From Candidatus Binatia bacterium (GTDB taxonomy: Bacteria; Desulfobacterota; Binatia; HRBIN30; BPIQ01): DNA of 64,000 nucleotides. The stretch's first letter is position 1. Each line of letters opens with the position of its first letter. This document shows positions 1 through 8,962 of the stretch, piece after piece. The notes below the pieces were generated by a model that saw only the letters and a program-made list of their open reading frames with translations, was not told the origin of the DNA and made no database searches. The position numbers were made by a program, and so were the translations under genes. The stretch lies in assembly GCA_026004195.1 (NCBI GenBank), contig BPIQ01000001.1, positions 461,871-525,870 of the forward strand, read 5' to 3'.

Positions 1-2026
1 TCACGTTGCGGATGACCCCGTACACCCACTTGGCGTTGTTGATGAGGTTCACGTTCGTGAAGAGGATCGCCTTCGTCGGCGTCGGCATGTGGGTCTGGCC
101 CGTGAAGTTGCGGCGTCCGTACTTCGGCGTCTCGACGACGAGCGCCCGGTCTCCGTGGTTCCAGTAGGCCGGCTCCTCGTCCTTCGCATAGGGCTTGACC
201 TTCACCTCCTTGCCGTGGGCCTTCGGGTCGAGGTTCGGGTGGAAGGGGTCCTCCGCGACCCAGCCTTTGAAGCCCGGACCCGTCCAGGGCGAACCCTGGA
301 AGAGGGCGGCCTTGTAGTTCCCCGCCCACGTGTGGCACCCGGCTCCCGGCTTGCCGATGTTTCCCGTCAGCATCAGCGGCAGGTAGGCGGCCCGGTTCAT
401 TTCCGTGGCGTGGAACCAGTGGTTGATCCCTTCGCCCTGGTGGATGGCGACGGGCCGAATCGTGGCGATGTCCTCGACCAGCTGGAGAACGAGGTCCTTC
501 GGGGCTTGCGTGATGTCGCACACCGTGTCCAGGTCGTAGTCCCGGAGGTGGACCTGGTAGAGGTTCCAGAGGGTCGCGACCTCGACTTCCTTCCCGTCCG
601 CGAGCCGCACCCGGAACCGACCGTCCAGGACCGGGTCGATACCTCTTTCCGCCAGGCGGCTTCCCACGTCGTCCCGGGTGACGGCAGCCGGCCGGTCGGT
701 CTTGGCGTCCCAGACGACGAAATCGCCGATCTTCTCGTGCTGTTCGGGAGTGAGTCCCTGGATTTTCCGCGAAGGCCCCTCCGGAGACAGCGGGCTCCTG
801 TAGTCGGGAAACACCTCGTGGGCGCGCAACCGCCGCAACGTGTCCAGGCGCACGAGAAGGGGGAAGTCGGTGAACTCCTTCACGAACTTTTCGTCGTACT
901 GCTTGCGTTCGACGAGAAGGCGCGTCACCCCGAGCCACAGCGCCGCGTCGGTACCCGGGCGAATCGGGATCCAGTAGTCGGCCTTCGTGGACGGGGGGCC
1001 GTACTCCGGCGTGATGACGACGATTTTCGCCCCGCGCTCCATGCACTCGATGAACCAGTGAGCGTCCGGCAGCTTGTTCTCGACGAGGTTCTTCCCGTCC
1101 ATGATGATGAGCTTGGTGAATCGGAGGTCGTTGAAGTCGCAATCCGAGGCCTGGAGCCCGTGGACCCAGGGGTGGCCGGGAGCCTGGTCGCCGTGCCACG
1201 TGTAGTTCGACCAGTTCCTTCCCCCGAGTGCCTTCTCGGGTGGAACCCCCCGAATCTGCGCATCGAGGAGCGCGAGGCAGTTGTTGAGCCGGTACATCCC
1301 GTACTTGCCGAGGACGCCGAGTAGCCCCATGCCTCCGCGCATCTTGATCGTACGGGTACCGGCCCCTTGCATCGCCGCGACCATTTCGGGCTGGTATCCC
1401 TGCTCGAGGAGTTTCCGTGCTCCTTCGTCGCCGCTGTAGCGGCGGGCGATGGCCACGATCGCCCGGGCGATCGCGTCGAAGGCGTCCTCCCAGGAGATCT
1501 GGACGAACTCGTCGTCCCCGCGCCTGTCGAAGTAGTACTTCGACTTGAGCTCGGGCGTGAGGTCGGGGCACCCGGCGTCCACCCACTCTTTCCACCGGCG
1601 CCGGACGATGGGATGCCGCAGCCGGTAGGGGCCGTAGATGACCCGATGGAACGTGTATCCCTTCGCGCACTGTCTCGGGTTCCAGTTCACCGTGGCGTGG
1701 TTGCCGTAGAGGTCGCTGTAGTCCTGGTAGTCGTAGGTGGAGCCGAGCCGCGTCACGATGCCGTTGCGCACGTACGCACGCACCCGGCAGGCGTGCGTGT
1801 CGTTCGGAGAACAAACCCAGTCGAAGTAGGAGTCGTAGCGGTACTGGTCCCGGTAGATCCGCTCCCAGTCCCGAGCCGGAGACCCGGCCAGAGGGTTGAC
1901 CCCGGGCCGCTCGGCCGCCAGCAGCCGCAACGGAAATTGCGTGGCGGCAGCCGCACCCGTGCCGACGCCGAGCCAGCGCAGAAACTCCCGGCGGGTGACT
2001 TCCGGACCGTTACCGAGCTTTCCCAT
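1..2026 (-). CDS. Molybdopterin oxidoreductase catalytic (alpha) subunit, type II DMSO-reductase family (NarG/EbdA/SerA-like); N-terminal ~675 aa, C-terminus lies beyond the window start
   Basis: Minus-strand translation from ATG at 2024-2026 (RBS GGAGGAG 4 nt upstream) stays open to base 1, so it has no in-window stop and is absent from the ORF track. Twin-arginine signal RREFLRWLGVGTGAAAA. NarG-like N-terminal FS0 region (WVCSPNDTHACRVRAYVRNGIV ... NWNPRQCAKGYTFHRVIYGPYRLRHPIVRRRW). The plus-strand ORF 89..1324 is its antisense shadow. Confidence 0.8.
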   Translation of the reverse strand, partial: MGKLGNGPEVTRREFLRWLGVGTGAAAATQFPLRLLAAERPGVNPLAGSPARDWERIYRDQYRYDSYFDWVCSPNDTHACRVRAYVRNGIVTRLGSTYDYQDYSDLYGNHATVNWNPRQCAKGYTFHRVIYGPYRLRHPIVRRRWKEWVDAGCPDLTPELKSKYYFDRRGDDEFVQISWEDAFDAIARAIVAIARRYSGDEGARKLLEQGYQPEMVAAMQGAGTRTIKMRGGMGLLGVLGKYGMYRLNNCLALLDAQIRGVPPEKALGGRNWSNYTWHGDQAPGHPWVHGLQASDCDFNDLRFTKLIIMDGKNLVENKLPDAHWFIECMERGAKIVVITPEYGPPSTKADYWIPIRPGTDAALWLGVTRLLVERKQYDEKFVKEFTDFPLLVRLDTLRRLRAHEVFPDYRSPLSPEGPSRKIQGLTPEQHEKIGDFVVWDAKTDRPAAVTRDDVGSRLAERGIDPVLDGRFRVRLADGKEVEVATLWNLYQVHLRDYDLDTVCDITQAPKDLVLQLVEDIATIRPVAIHQGEGINHWFHATEMNRAAYLPLMLTGNIGKPGAGCHTWAGNYKAALFQGSPWTGPGFKGWVAEDPFHPNLDPKAHGKEVKVKPYAKDEEPAYWNHGDRALVVETPKYGRRNFTGQTHMPTPTKAILFTNVNLINNAKWVYGVIRNV

Positions 2027-2041
2027 GGAACTCCTCCCGTC

Positions 2042-3625
2042 TCACTTCTCGAGCTCCAGTTCCTGCCAGATCGTGACCGACTTCTTTCCGTCGCGGTCTC
2101 CCTCGGCTCCGTCCCAGACCGCGAACGCGACGGACGTTTTCGAGCCAGGACGCAGCGACACCGCGTGTTTCCCCTTGCCGCGGAGTTCCCGGCGGAAGAG
2201 CACCCGGTACGACCCGACTCCGTACACGCCTTGCGCCTTCACCTGCTGCTCGGAACGAGATCGCGCCCGGAGGGTCCCGAAGCCCTCGGCCCAGAGGTCC
2301 TCCGCCGCGCTCGCAAAGGTCGGATCCGCGACGATGTTGCCTGCTCCCCAGGCGGTCACGAACGTCGGGTCGGAATCCAGCGTGAGCGCATGGCGGTGCG
2401 GCTGTTCGAGCGGGGACTTGAGGAAGTTCGGGTACGAGTCGATGCCAAGGTTCGGGTACACCTTCTCGAGGTCCTGGAACGTGACTTCGAGGTCGGCCTG
2501 GCGCTCCGCCTTCCACATCCAGATGTTGACGGGCTTTCCGGGCGATCCCATGGCGAAAAACGGCGGGTCCCGGTCGGTCGCGAACTGGATGGCGGCCGCG
2601 TCCCGGAAATCCTGGGGCCGCATGGCAGTCGAGTCGTGGGTGAGATCCGACCAGACGAGGAGGAAGGCAATGGACTTCCCGTCGTGGACCGCCCTTACGG
2701 TCACCGTTTCCGGACGGTTCGGCCTCCACCAGAGCGGCATGAGATGCAGGTCGACCTTGGGCGCCCTGGCCCAGAGCCCGTCGTCCGGGTGCTGTGGCAG
2801 GCGCTCGACCCGCTTGGCCAGGATCGTAAAGCGCCGCATCTCCGCTCGCTCGCGCTGCCTCGGGCTCGACAGCGAGAGGATGTAATGGACGAGATGCCAC
2901 GCGTCCTCGCCGTACGCCCAGTCGCTCGAAGGCATGGGCGTGCCCGGCATCCCGGCCACGATGCGGCGGTAAAGGGACTCGGGTTCCGGAGAGCCCTTGA
3001 AAACGCCCGACCAGAAATCCCGGGGCCGGATGGGGTATCCGTCCTCGTCGAACTGTTCTTCGGCGCCGTCGCCCCGCCCGGTGGCACCGTGACAGGACGC
3101 ACACGCCTCCGCGAAAAGCTCCTTGGCCCTGGCTTCCTCCGGGGCTCCGTACGCGGGCTCGTCGGGTACCAGAATGACGCCGGCTCCGCGCCCTCCTTCC
3201 TCGGCAGGGCGCGTCTCGGGAACGACGAAGGGCTTTTCCCGCAGCGACTTTACGTAGGCCACGAGCGCGCGCAGGGTCCCTTCCGGGAGATGCCCCCAGG
3301 AAGGCATGGCCGAGCCCGGCATCCCCCTGCGCAGCACCGAGAGGATGTCGTCGTCGGTGGGAACGCCCTCCCAGGTGGACACGATCCGGAAGCTTCCCGA
3401 GCGCAGGTTGCGTGGCTTGGGGTAGAGGAGATAAGCGGCCGGTCCGTCACCCTTCCCCTCCGGGCCGTGGCAGGAAACGCAGTGCCGCTCGTAAGCCGCT
3501 TTTCCTTCCGCCAGGAGGTCCGCTCGCTCGGCCGCGAACAGAGAGGGCCCGAGCAGGAGCACGAGGAGAACCACCCCGAGACTCGGCCAGATCATCGCTC
3601 TTTCCCCCGCTGCGTGACGGGCCAA
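2042..3625 (-). CDS. Diheme cytochrome c fused to an EB_dh (ethylbenzene-dehydrogenase gamma-like, heme-b) domain; putative electron-transfer subunit of the adjacent molybdoenzyme
   Basis: 527-aa ORF with a signal peptide (alternative start at MIWPSLGVVLLVLLL, 3595). Two CxxCH motifs (CVSCHG, CASCHG). C-terminal region resembles the gamma subunits of type II DMSOR enzymes (…WWRPNRPETVTVRAVHDGKSIAFLLVW…, …IWMWKA…). Ends 15 nt upstream of the alpha-subunit start. Confidence 0.72.
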   Translation of the reverse strand: MARHAAGERAMIWPSLGVVLLVLLLGPSLFAAERADLLAEGKAAYERHCVSCHGPEGKGDGPAAYLLYPKPRNLRSGSFRIVSTWEGVPTDDDILSVLRRGMPGSAMPSWGHLPEGTLRALVAYVKSLREKPFVVPETRPAEEGGRGAGVILVPDEPAYGAPEEARAKELFAEACASCHGATGRGDGAEEQFDEDGYPIRPRDFWSGVFKGSPEPESLYRRIVAGMPGTPMPSSDWAYGEDAWHLVHYILSLSSPRQRERAEMRRFTILAKRVERLPQHPDDGLWARAPKVDLHLMPLWWRPNRPETVTVRAVHDGKSIAFLLVWSDLTHDSTAMRPQDFRDAAAIQFATDRDPPFFAMGSPGKPVNIWMWKAERQADLEVTFQDLEKVYPNLGIDSYPNFLKSPLEQPHRHALTLDSDPTFVTAWGAGNIVADPTFASAAEDLWAEGFGTLRARSRSEQQVKAQGVYGVGSYRVLFRRELRGKGKHAVSLRPGSKTSVAFAVWDGAEGDRDGKKSVTIWQELELEK

Positions 3626-3698
3626 ACAAAAGGCGGGCCACGCGGACGGAGAGGGCAGGCCGTCGCCGAACCGAGGTCGATTCCCAGGTCCGGGAAAC

Positions 3699-5159
3699 TC
3701 ACGCCCCCGAAAGCCGCGCTCGTTTCTCGGTTACGGGAGTTGCCGAGCGTCGCGGCGGCTTGCGCCCGGCCCGGACAGCCAGGGCCCGGAGTTCGTCGAA
3801 GGAGTCGCGCACTGCGGCGACGAACTCGGGGTAGTCTTCCACCACGCCCGCGTCCACGTGAAATCCCCAGAAGAGTTCGCGGTGGTAAGTGAAAAGCGCG
3901 ATCCCCAGACCCTGTTTCTCGAACAGGGGGACCACAGGATAGGCCGAGCGAATCGGGTCGCCCAGAAAGTAAAGCGGAAACGTGGGCCCGGGCACGTTGG
4001 TGACGATCAGGTTGTAGGGCGGTCTCACGCTGGCAAGCCTTACCCAGAGGTCGAGAAGCGAGTCGGCCCATTCGCCCATCCCGCTCGCCAGCTCGACTCC
4101 GTGGGCTTCCCCCTTGGCCTTGAGCAGGGCGGTGAGCTGCCTCACACGGTCGTACCTCTCGCGGGGGTCACGCACGTCCAGGGGAAGCGAGGTCAGCCAT
4201 GCCGAGACCCGGTTCCCGACTATCCTCTCGGCCGGCGTCCTCAGGTTCACGGGCACGAGTGCTCGGAAATCCCTTCCCGAAACGGGCCATCTCTTGCGCC
4301 GGAAAAACCGGCGAACCGCTCCCGCCACCGTCGCGAGGGCCACGTCGTTGACGGTCCCGCCGAGCCGGTCCTTGACCAGCCGGACATCTTGGAGCGGGAC
4401 CGCCCACCACTCGAACCTCCGATCGGGCCCCACGTCTCCGTTGAGGGGAGTCGGCGGAGCGGGCGAGAGGACGATTCGGCCGAGCATTTCCGCCGTGGTG
4501 CCGACTCCCAGGGCGATTTCCCGGAAAAGCTTGCCGGGCTCTCGCGGCAGCGAAACGAGAGCGCGGGCACGAGGCCTTGCGCCCGGCGGAGTCTCCAGCG
4601 TGCGTCGGCCACGAGCAAACGCCAAGGGTCCACCACCGCTTTTCGCCGGGGGACCGACGAGCAGCTTTCCGAAGGACCCGCGACGGGCTCGAGGTCGAGG
4701 AGCGCCGAGACCAGATCCACGCCGCTCACTGCCGTCCACCATGGCGTGGTGCACCTTCGCCAGGAGCGCGTAGCCGCCGTCGCGAAGACCTTCGACGACC
4801 CAGAGTTCCCAGAGAGGCCGCCGGCGGTCGAGCGGCTGCGCGAAAAGCCTCGCCGAAAGCTCCTTGAGCTGCTCCTCGGTCCCCGGCCGGGGAAGGGCGA
4901 CGTGGTGGACGTGAGCTCGAATGTCGAAGCGGGGGTCTTCGACCCAGAAGGGGTGACCCGTGAGCGGCGCGCGAACGAGCCGCTGGCGGTAGCGAGGGAT
5001 CCGGTCGAGCCGGCTCTCCACGTGGGCACGGACCCGAGCGACGTCCACCCGCGGTTCCGGGCCCGAGGGTTCGACGACGAGCACGCCGCCGATGTTCATC
5101 GGGGTGTGGAGATGTTCGAATTCGAGGAAGGAGAAGTCTTGTGCGCCGAGCCTTTCCAT
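3699..5159 (-). CDS. Wax ester synthase / acyl-CoA:diacylglycerol acyltransferase (WS/DGAT family)
   Basis: 486-aa product starting MERLGAQDFSFLEFEHLHTPMNIGG, carrying the catalytic HHAMVDG (HHxxxDG) motif. The R/P-rich N-terminal extension of the 845-aa tracked ORF is rejected; the true ATG at 5157-5159 has GGAGGA upstream and overlaps the upstream gene stop (TGATG). Confidence 0.85.
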   Translation of the reverse strand: MERLGAQDFSFLEFEHLHTPMNIGGVLVVEPSGPEPRVDVARVRAHVESRLDRIPRYRQRLVRAPLTGHPFWVEDPRFDIRAHVHHVALPRPGTEEQLKELSARLFAQPLDRRRPLWELWVVEGLRDGGYALLAKVHHAMVDGSERRGSGLGAPRPRARRGSFGKLLVGPPAKSGGGPLAFARGRRTLETPPGARPRARALVSLPREPGKLFREIALGVGTTAEMLGRIVLSPAPPTPLNGDVGPDRRFEWWAVPLQDVRLVKDRLGGTVNDVALATVAGAVRRFFRRKRWPVSGRDFRALVPVNLRTPAERIVGNRVSAWLTSLPLDVRDPRERYDRVRQLTALLKAKGEAHGVELASGMGEWADSLLDLWVRLASVRPPYNLIVTNVPGPTFPLYFLGDPIRSAYPVVPLFEKQGLGIALFTYHRELFWGFHVDAGVVEDYPEFVAAVRDSFDELRALAVRAGRKPPRRSATPVTEKRARLSGA

Positions 5160-6031
5160 CAGCGTCCTCCTTTTCGCGCACCGGGCCCTCCTCCGTGCCC
5201 CGCACCCTGCCCGGCCGGTCCCCGTTCGTCGCCCACGTAGCGACTGAACACGATGCCCCGGCGGCGCTCGAGCGTGTCGTCGATCAGATCCTGCAGGGCG
5301 CGACGTACCTCCTCGTTGTAGCGATCCACCGTCCTCTGGTCCCGGGCAGCACGGGCACCGCCCCGCAGGCGGATCGGCGGTCCGAACCTCACGTAAATCT
5401 TCACGGGCAGGGGGAACGGGAAGGCCACGACGGGGAAAAAGGGCACGCGCAACAGCCTGGCCAGAGGCGAAAGGTTGGCGAGCAGCACGTGAGCCTCTTC
5501 CGCTCCTACGACGGCCATCGGGACGATGGGCGCACCTGCACGGAGGGCAACCTTGATGTATCCCCCGTGCCCGGGGGCGAAACCCTTGTGGGGTAACACG
5601 CGGTAGGGGTGTTTCCAGTAAGGCCGGGTCATGTCGAGGGCCCCGCCGGGCATGACGAGCAGGATGTTTCCTTCGCGCAGAAGTTCGACGGCCACGTCGC
5701 GGTCGCCCACCACGGCACCCCGCCTGCGGAGGAAATCGTACAAGGGGCCGAGCTTTCCCCAGAACTGGTCCCCCACCGCTCGCGCGAGCCTCCCGGTGCA
5801 GCGTTCGATGGCCACGAGCGCCAGGGCGGCGTCGTACGGCATCACGCCCCCGTGGCAACCCACCACCATGCACCGCCCCCGGGGGAGGTTCTCGCAGCCC
5901 AGGACCTCGAACCGGAAGTAGCGACCGATCGTTTCCCGGACGAGCCGCAACCAGAATCGCGTCCCTTCGGGGTCGAACTCCGGGTTCGCCGACCGGCCAC
6001 GTCGCGAGACGCTCTTCGTTGCCCCTCTCAC
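5159..6031 (-). CDS. DGAT2/MGAT-like acyltransferase (LPLAT superfamily)
   Basis: Only the C-terminal ~290 aa of the 658-aa tracked ORF look protein-like. The VVGCHGGVMPYDAALA and LLVMPGGALD…GFAPGHGGYIKVALRAGAPIVPMAVVGAEE blocks resemble the HPHG and downstream motifs of DGAT2-type acyltransferases. Proposed GTG start at 6029-6031 overlaps the ACAD stop (GTGA). Confidence 0.55.
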   Translation of the reverse strand: MRGATKSVSRRGRSANPEFDPEGTRFWLRLVRETIGRYFRFEVLGCENLPRGRCMVVGCHGGVMPYDAALALVAIERCTGRLARAVGDQFWGKLGPLYDFLRRRGAVVGDRDVAVELLREGNILLVMPGGALDMTRPYWKHPYRVLPHKGFAPGHGGYIKVALRAGAPIVPMAVVGAEEAHVLLANLSPLARLLRVPFFPVVAFPFPLPVKIYVRFGPPIRLRGGARAARDQRTVDRYNEEVRRALQDLIDDTLERRRGIVFSRYVGDERGPAGQGAGHGGGPGARKGGR

Positions 6032-7212
6032 GGCGAAAGTCCCAGGGAGCGAGCGATCGTCCTTCGTTGCATTTCCGAGGTGCCTTCCCAGATGGTGCCG
6101 ACCCGGGCATCGCGCAAGTACCGCTCGACGGGAAATTCCGTCGTGTAACCGTAGCCGCCGTGGATCTGGAGCGCTTCGTTGGCGATGCGGACGGAGGCCT
6201 CGCTCGCGAAAAGCTTCGCCATCGAAACTCTCGCACCCGCCTTTTCCCCTCGGTCGAAGGCCCGTGCGGCCGAAAACACCAGGAGCTCCGCCGCCTCGAG
6301 CTCGAGGGCCATGTCGGCGAGCTTGAAGCCTATGGCCTGGTGGTCTCCGATGGCCTTTCCGAACGCCTTGCGCACCTTCGCGTACCCGAGCGCCGCCTCG
6401 AACGCCGCGGCCGCGATCCCGAGAGACAGCGCTGCCACGTAGAGGCGACTTCGCTCGAGGACGCGGAGAAGGCCGAGGAAATTCCCCCTGTTCCCCCCGA
6501 GACGGTTTTCGGCCGGCACGAAGCAGTCGTCCAGGACGATCTCGCCGGTCTCGGAAGCCCGCATGCCGAGTTTTTCGATCCGCCGGGAGATCCGGAACCC
6601 CGGCTCCTGCGGGCGCACGAGGAAAAGCGCGATCCCCGCCGCCCGCTCCGGGCCGGGCCGGCGGGCAAAAGAGTCGAGGACGGCCGCGACGAGAAAAAGG
6701 TCCGCCACCGGGGCGTTGGTCACGAAGGTCTTCGTCCCGCGAAGGACGAACCCCTCTCGGGCGGGCGTCGCCACGGTGCGCATCGCCACGACGTCGGAGC
6801 CGGCCTCGGGTTCGGTCAGCGCAATGGCGGCCATGTGCTCGCCGTCCATGAGCGGTGGAGCCAGACGGTCGAACTGCTCCCTCGTGCCCAGGTCGGCGAG
6901 GAGCGAAGGACCGAGTACCGACGGAAGGACGGACACGGCAAAGGAACCGGAGACCCGGCCGATTTCCCTGGCGATCTCGCACTGCAGGACGAGGCCGCCT
7001 CCGAGTCCTCCGAGCTCTTCCGGCACGCCCAACCGGAAGATGCCGAGCTCGGCCATGGGTCGGAGAATCCGCTCGCGAGGAAAACGCTCGAGCGCCTCCG
7101 AACGTGCGACGAGCGGAGCCAGTCTTTCCTCGCAAAACGTCCGGAGAGTCCGGCGAAAGATGTCGATTTCGTCCACCGGCCGCCCCCCTTTTCTACGATC
7201 GAGGGTTACCAC
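6028..7212 (-). CDS. Acyl-CoA dehydrogenase
   Basis: 394-aa ORF with the canonical ACAD fold across its length (…ALTEPEAGSDV…, …GGYGYTTEFPVERYLRDARV…, …TIWEGTSEMQRRTIARSL). Confidence 0.9.
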   Translation of the reverse strand: MVTLDRRKGGRPVDEIDIFRRTLRTFCEERLAPLVARSEALERFPRERILRPMAELGIFRLGVPEELGGLGGGLVLQCEIAREIGRVSGSFAVSVLPSVLGPSLLADLGTREQFDRLAPPLMDGEHMAAIALTEPEAGSDVVAMRTVATPAREGFVLRGTKTFVTNAPVADLFLVAAVLDSFARRPGPERAAGIALFLVRPQEPGFRISRRIEKLGMRASETGEIVLDDCFVPAENRLGGNRGNFLGLLRVLERSRLYVAALSLGIAAAAFEAALGYAKVRKAFGKAIGDHQAIGFKLADMALELEAAELLVFSAARAFDRGEKAGARVSMAKLFASEASVRIANEALQIHGGYGYTTEFPVERYLRDARVGTIWEGTSEMQRRTIARSLGLSP

Positions 7213-7334
7213 GACGGGGAATCGGGCGCACGGCCGGAGCTGACCTGCGTCAACAGACTGAAGCTGATCTTCGTCACTTCCACTTCGAATTTCCTTTTCT
7301 CCCCTTTCGGGGCCGTGTTAGCAGTGGCTTTCCC

Positions 7335-7985
7335 GTGGAGCGCATCCTCGTCTTCGGCACCCATCCCGACGACGCCGAGATCGGTGCCGGCGGTACCATC
7401 GCCAGCTTCGCTCGCCGCGGCTACCCGGTGCTCATCGTGAACTTCCGGATCCCTGCCGGAAACGGCGACGCCTCCGAGGCCGAACGCGAGCGAAGGCGAA
7501 AGGAAGGGGAGAGGGCGGCCGGAATCCTCGGGGCGCAACTGTGTTCCTTCGGTCTGCGGCGAGAGGAAATCCGCCCCGACGCTCGGCTCGTCGGCACCCT
7601 CGACCGGCTCCTCCAGGAATTCCGGCCGACACAGGTCTACACGCACTGGGTCGGCGACAGCCACCCGGAGCACGTGGCCACGACGCGCGCGGTGCTCGCC
7701 GCGACGCGCCGGAACAGCTGCTCCGTTTACATGTACGAAGCGACGATACCGGGCGGAATCACCGAGCGGGCGTTTCGCCCCCAGCGGTTCGTCGACATCT
7801 CGGACACGATCGAGTGCAAGATCCGCAGTCTCGAGTCCTACGAAACCCAGCTCGAGGTCTACGGCCCTGGCTGGATCGCTGCCGTTCGCGGTAGAGCAGC
7901 GGAACGCGGATTCCAGGTCGGCTGCGCTTACGCCGAGGCCTTCGAGGTCGTCAAAGAAATCGTGCGCCCGGAGCCCCGAGCATGA
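7335..7985 (+). CDS. PIG-L / LmbE-family N-acetylglucosaminyl deacetylase
   Basis: Motif RILVFGTHPDDAEIGAGGTIA followed by HPEH. Chosen GTG start at 7335 follows the 122-bp divergent spacer after the ACAD start (7212); the first 160 codons of tracked ORF 6855..7985 are antisense of ACAD and rejected. Stop overlaps the E1alpha start (ATGA). Confidence 0.72.
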   Translation: MERILVFGTHPDDAEIGAGGTIASFARRGYPVLIVNFRIPAGNGDASEAERERRRKEGERAAGILGAQLCSFGLRREEIRPDARLVGTLDRLLQEFRPTQVYTHWVGDSHPEHVATTRAVLAATRRNSCSVYMYEATIPGGITERAFRPQRFVDISDTIECKIRSLESYETQLEVYGPGWIAAVRGRAAERGFQVGCAYAEAFEVVKEIVRPEPRA

Positions 7986-8962
7986 CCGACCCGTCGCCCC
8001 GCGAATGCCGGCAGTGGCTCTTCCGGATGTGGCTCATCCGGCTCTTCGAGGAGAAAGTCCTGCGGCTCGTCTCCGAAGGGATCATCCGAGGCACGACGCA
8101 TCCCTACGTGGGACAGGAGGCCGTCGCCGTGGGGGCGTGTTCCGTCCTCGAGCCTTCCGATTGCACGGTGAGCACCCACCGGGGACACGGCCATCTCCTC
8201 GCCAAAGGCGGGTCGCCGAAAAAGCTCATGGCCGAACTTTTCGGCAAAGTCACGGGATACGGAGGCGGTCGGGGAGGCACGCAACACGTGGCCGATTTTT
8301 CCGTCGGCCACCTGGGGTCGTTCGGCATCACGGGAGGGGGAATCCCCCTCGGCACCGGAGCTGCGCTGGCCATGCGGATGCGGCGTCGCAAGAGCATCGT
8401 GGTCGTCTTTTTCGGCGACGGAGCCACCAACCAGGGTGTCTTTCACGAGTCGCTCAACCTGGCTGCACTCTGGCGCCTGCCGGTCGTCTACCTCTGCGAG
8501 AACAACCTCTACGCCATGTCCACGCACGTGCGCGAAGCCTGCGCGACCGAAGACCTCGCCCGCCGGGCCCTGGCCTACGGAATCCCGGGTGTGCGGGTCG
8601 ACGGCATGGACGTCCGGGCCGTCGCGGAACACGTCGGCGAGGCCGCCGAAAGGGCCCGAAGAGGGCAGGGGCCCACACTGCTCGAATGTCTCACCTACCG
8701 GTTCCTCGGCCACTCGAAGAGCGACCAGAGGGTCTACCGCACGCGGGAGGAGGAAGAGGCGTGGCGGAAGAGGGACCCGATCGTCCTGTTCTCGCGCTGG
8801 TGTACGGAGACGCAGCGGCTTCGCGAGGAAGACGTCGAGGCGGTCCGGCAGGAGGCTCTCGCCCGGGTCGACGAAGCCGTCGCCTTCGCCCGAGAGAGCC
8901 CCTTCCCGGCACCCGAGAGCGCCGGAGAAGGGGTCTTCACGCCCGACCCATGGCCGAACTGA
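7982..8962 (+). CDS. 2-oxoacid dehydrogenase E1 component, alpha subunit (TPP-dependent; PdhA/AcoA-like)
   Basis: 326-aa ORF: …YVGQEAVAVG…, TPP motif GDGATNQGVFHESLNLAALW…PVVYLCENNLYAMST, …YRFLGHS…. Confidence 0.9.
   Translation: MTDPSPRECRQWLFRMWLIRLFEEKVLRLVSEGIIRGTTHPYVGQEAVAVGACSVLEPSDCTVSTHRGHGHLLAKGGSPKKLMAELFGKVTGYGGGRGGTQHVADFSVGHLGSFGITGGGIPLGTGAALAMRMRRRKSIVVVFFGDGATNQGVFHESLNLAALWRLPVVYLCENNLYAMSTHVREACATEDLARRALAYGIPGVRVDGMDVRAVAEHVGEAAERARRGQGPTLLECLTYRFLGHSKSDQRVYRTREEEEAWRKRDPIVLFSRWCTETQRLREEDVEAVRQEALARVDEAVAFARESPFPAPESAGEGVFTPDPWPN

Noticed and set aside
1367-3892. 841-aa plus-strand ORF and other long plus-strand ORFs (89..1324, 3858..5240, 6019..7440, 20012..21874, 22707..25067, 25502..26860, 27920..29272, 28899..30707, 31876..33804, 44980..46191, 46212..48110, 47326..49383, 54013..56236, 56005..58476, 58626..60680)
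   Set aside because: R/G/P-rich, low-complexity translations lying antisense to well-supported minus-strand genes. These are typical shadow ORFs of a ~70% GC genome with no recognisable domains.
5159-7135. 658-aa tracked ORF taken at face value, and similar long N-terminal extensions of ORFs 3699..6236, 6855..7985, 8005..9930, 9755..11533, 11507..13324, 13008..14687, 21191..22099, 35324..37723, 44374..47169, 48529..50214, 50261..51730, 55133..57361 and 60581..61942
   Set aside because: Only the C-terminal portions look protein-like. The extensions are R-rich and overlap the preceding gene in another frame. The ORF caller takes the first ATG/GTG/TTG after an upstream stop; internal starts with RBSs or stop-start overlaps were used instead.
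7213-7334. Specific transcription-factor operator in the ACAD/LmbE divergent spacer (imperfect ACTTCGAATT half-palindrome)
   Set aside because: The inverted repeat is too short and imperfect to call. The region is noted only as a probable divergent promoter.
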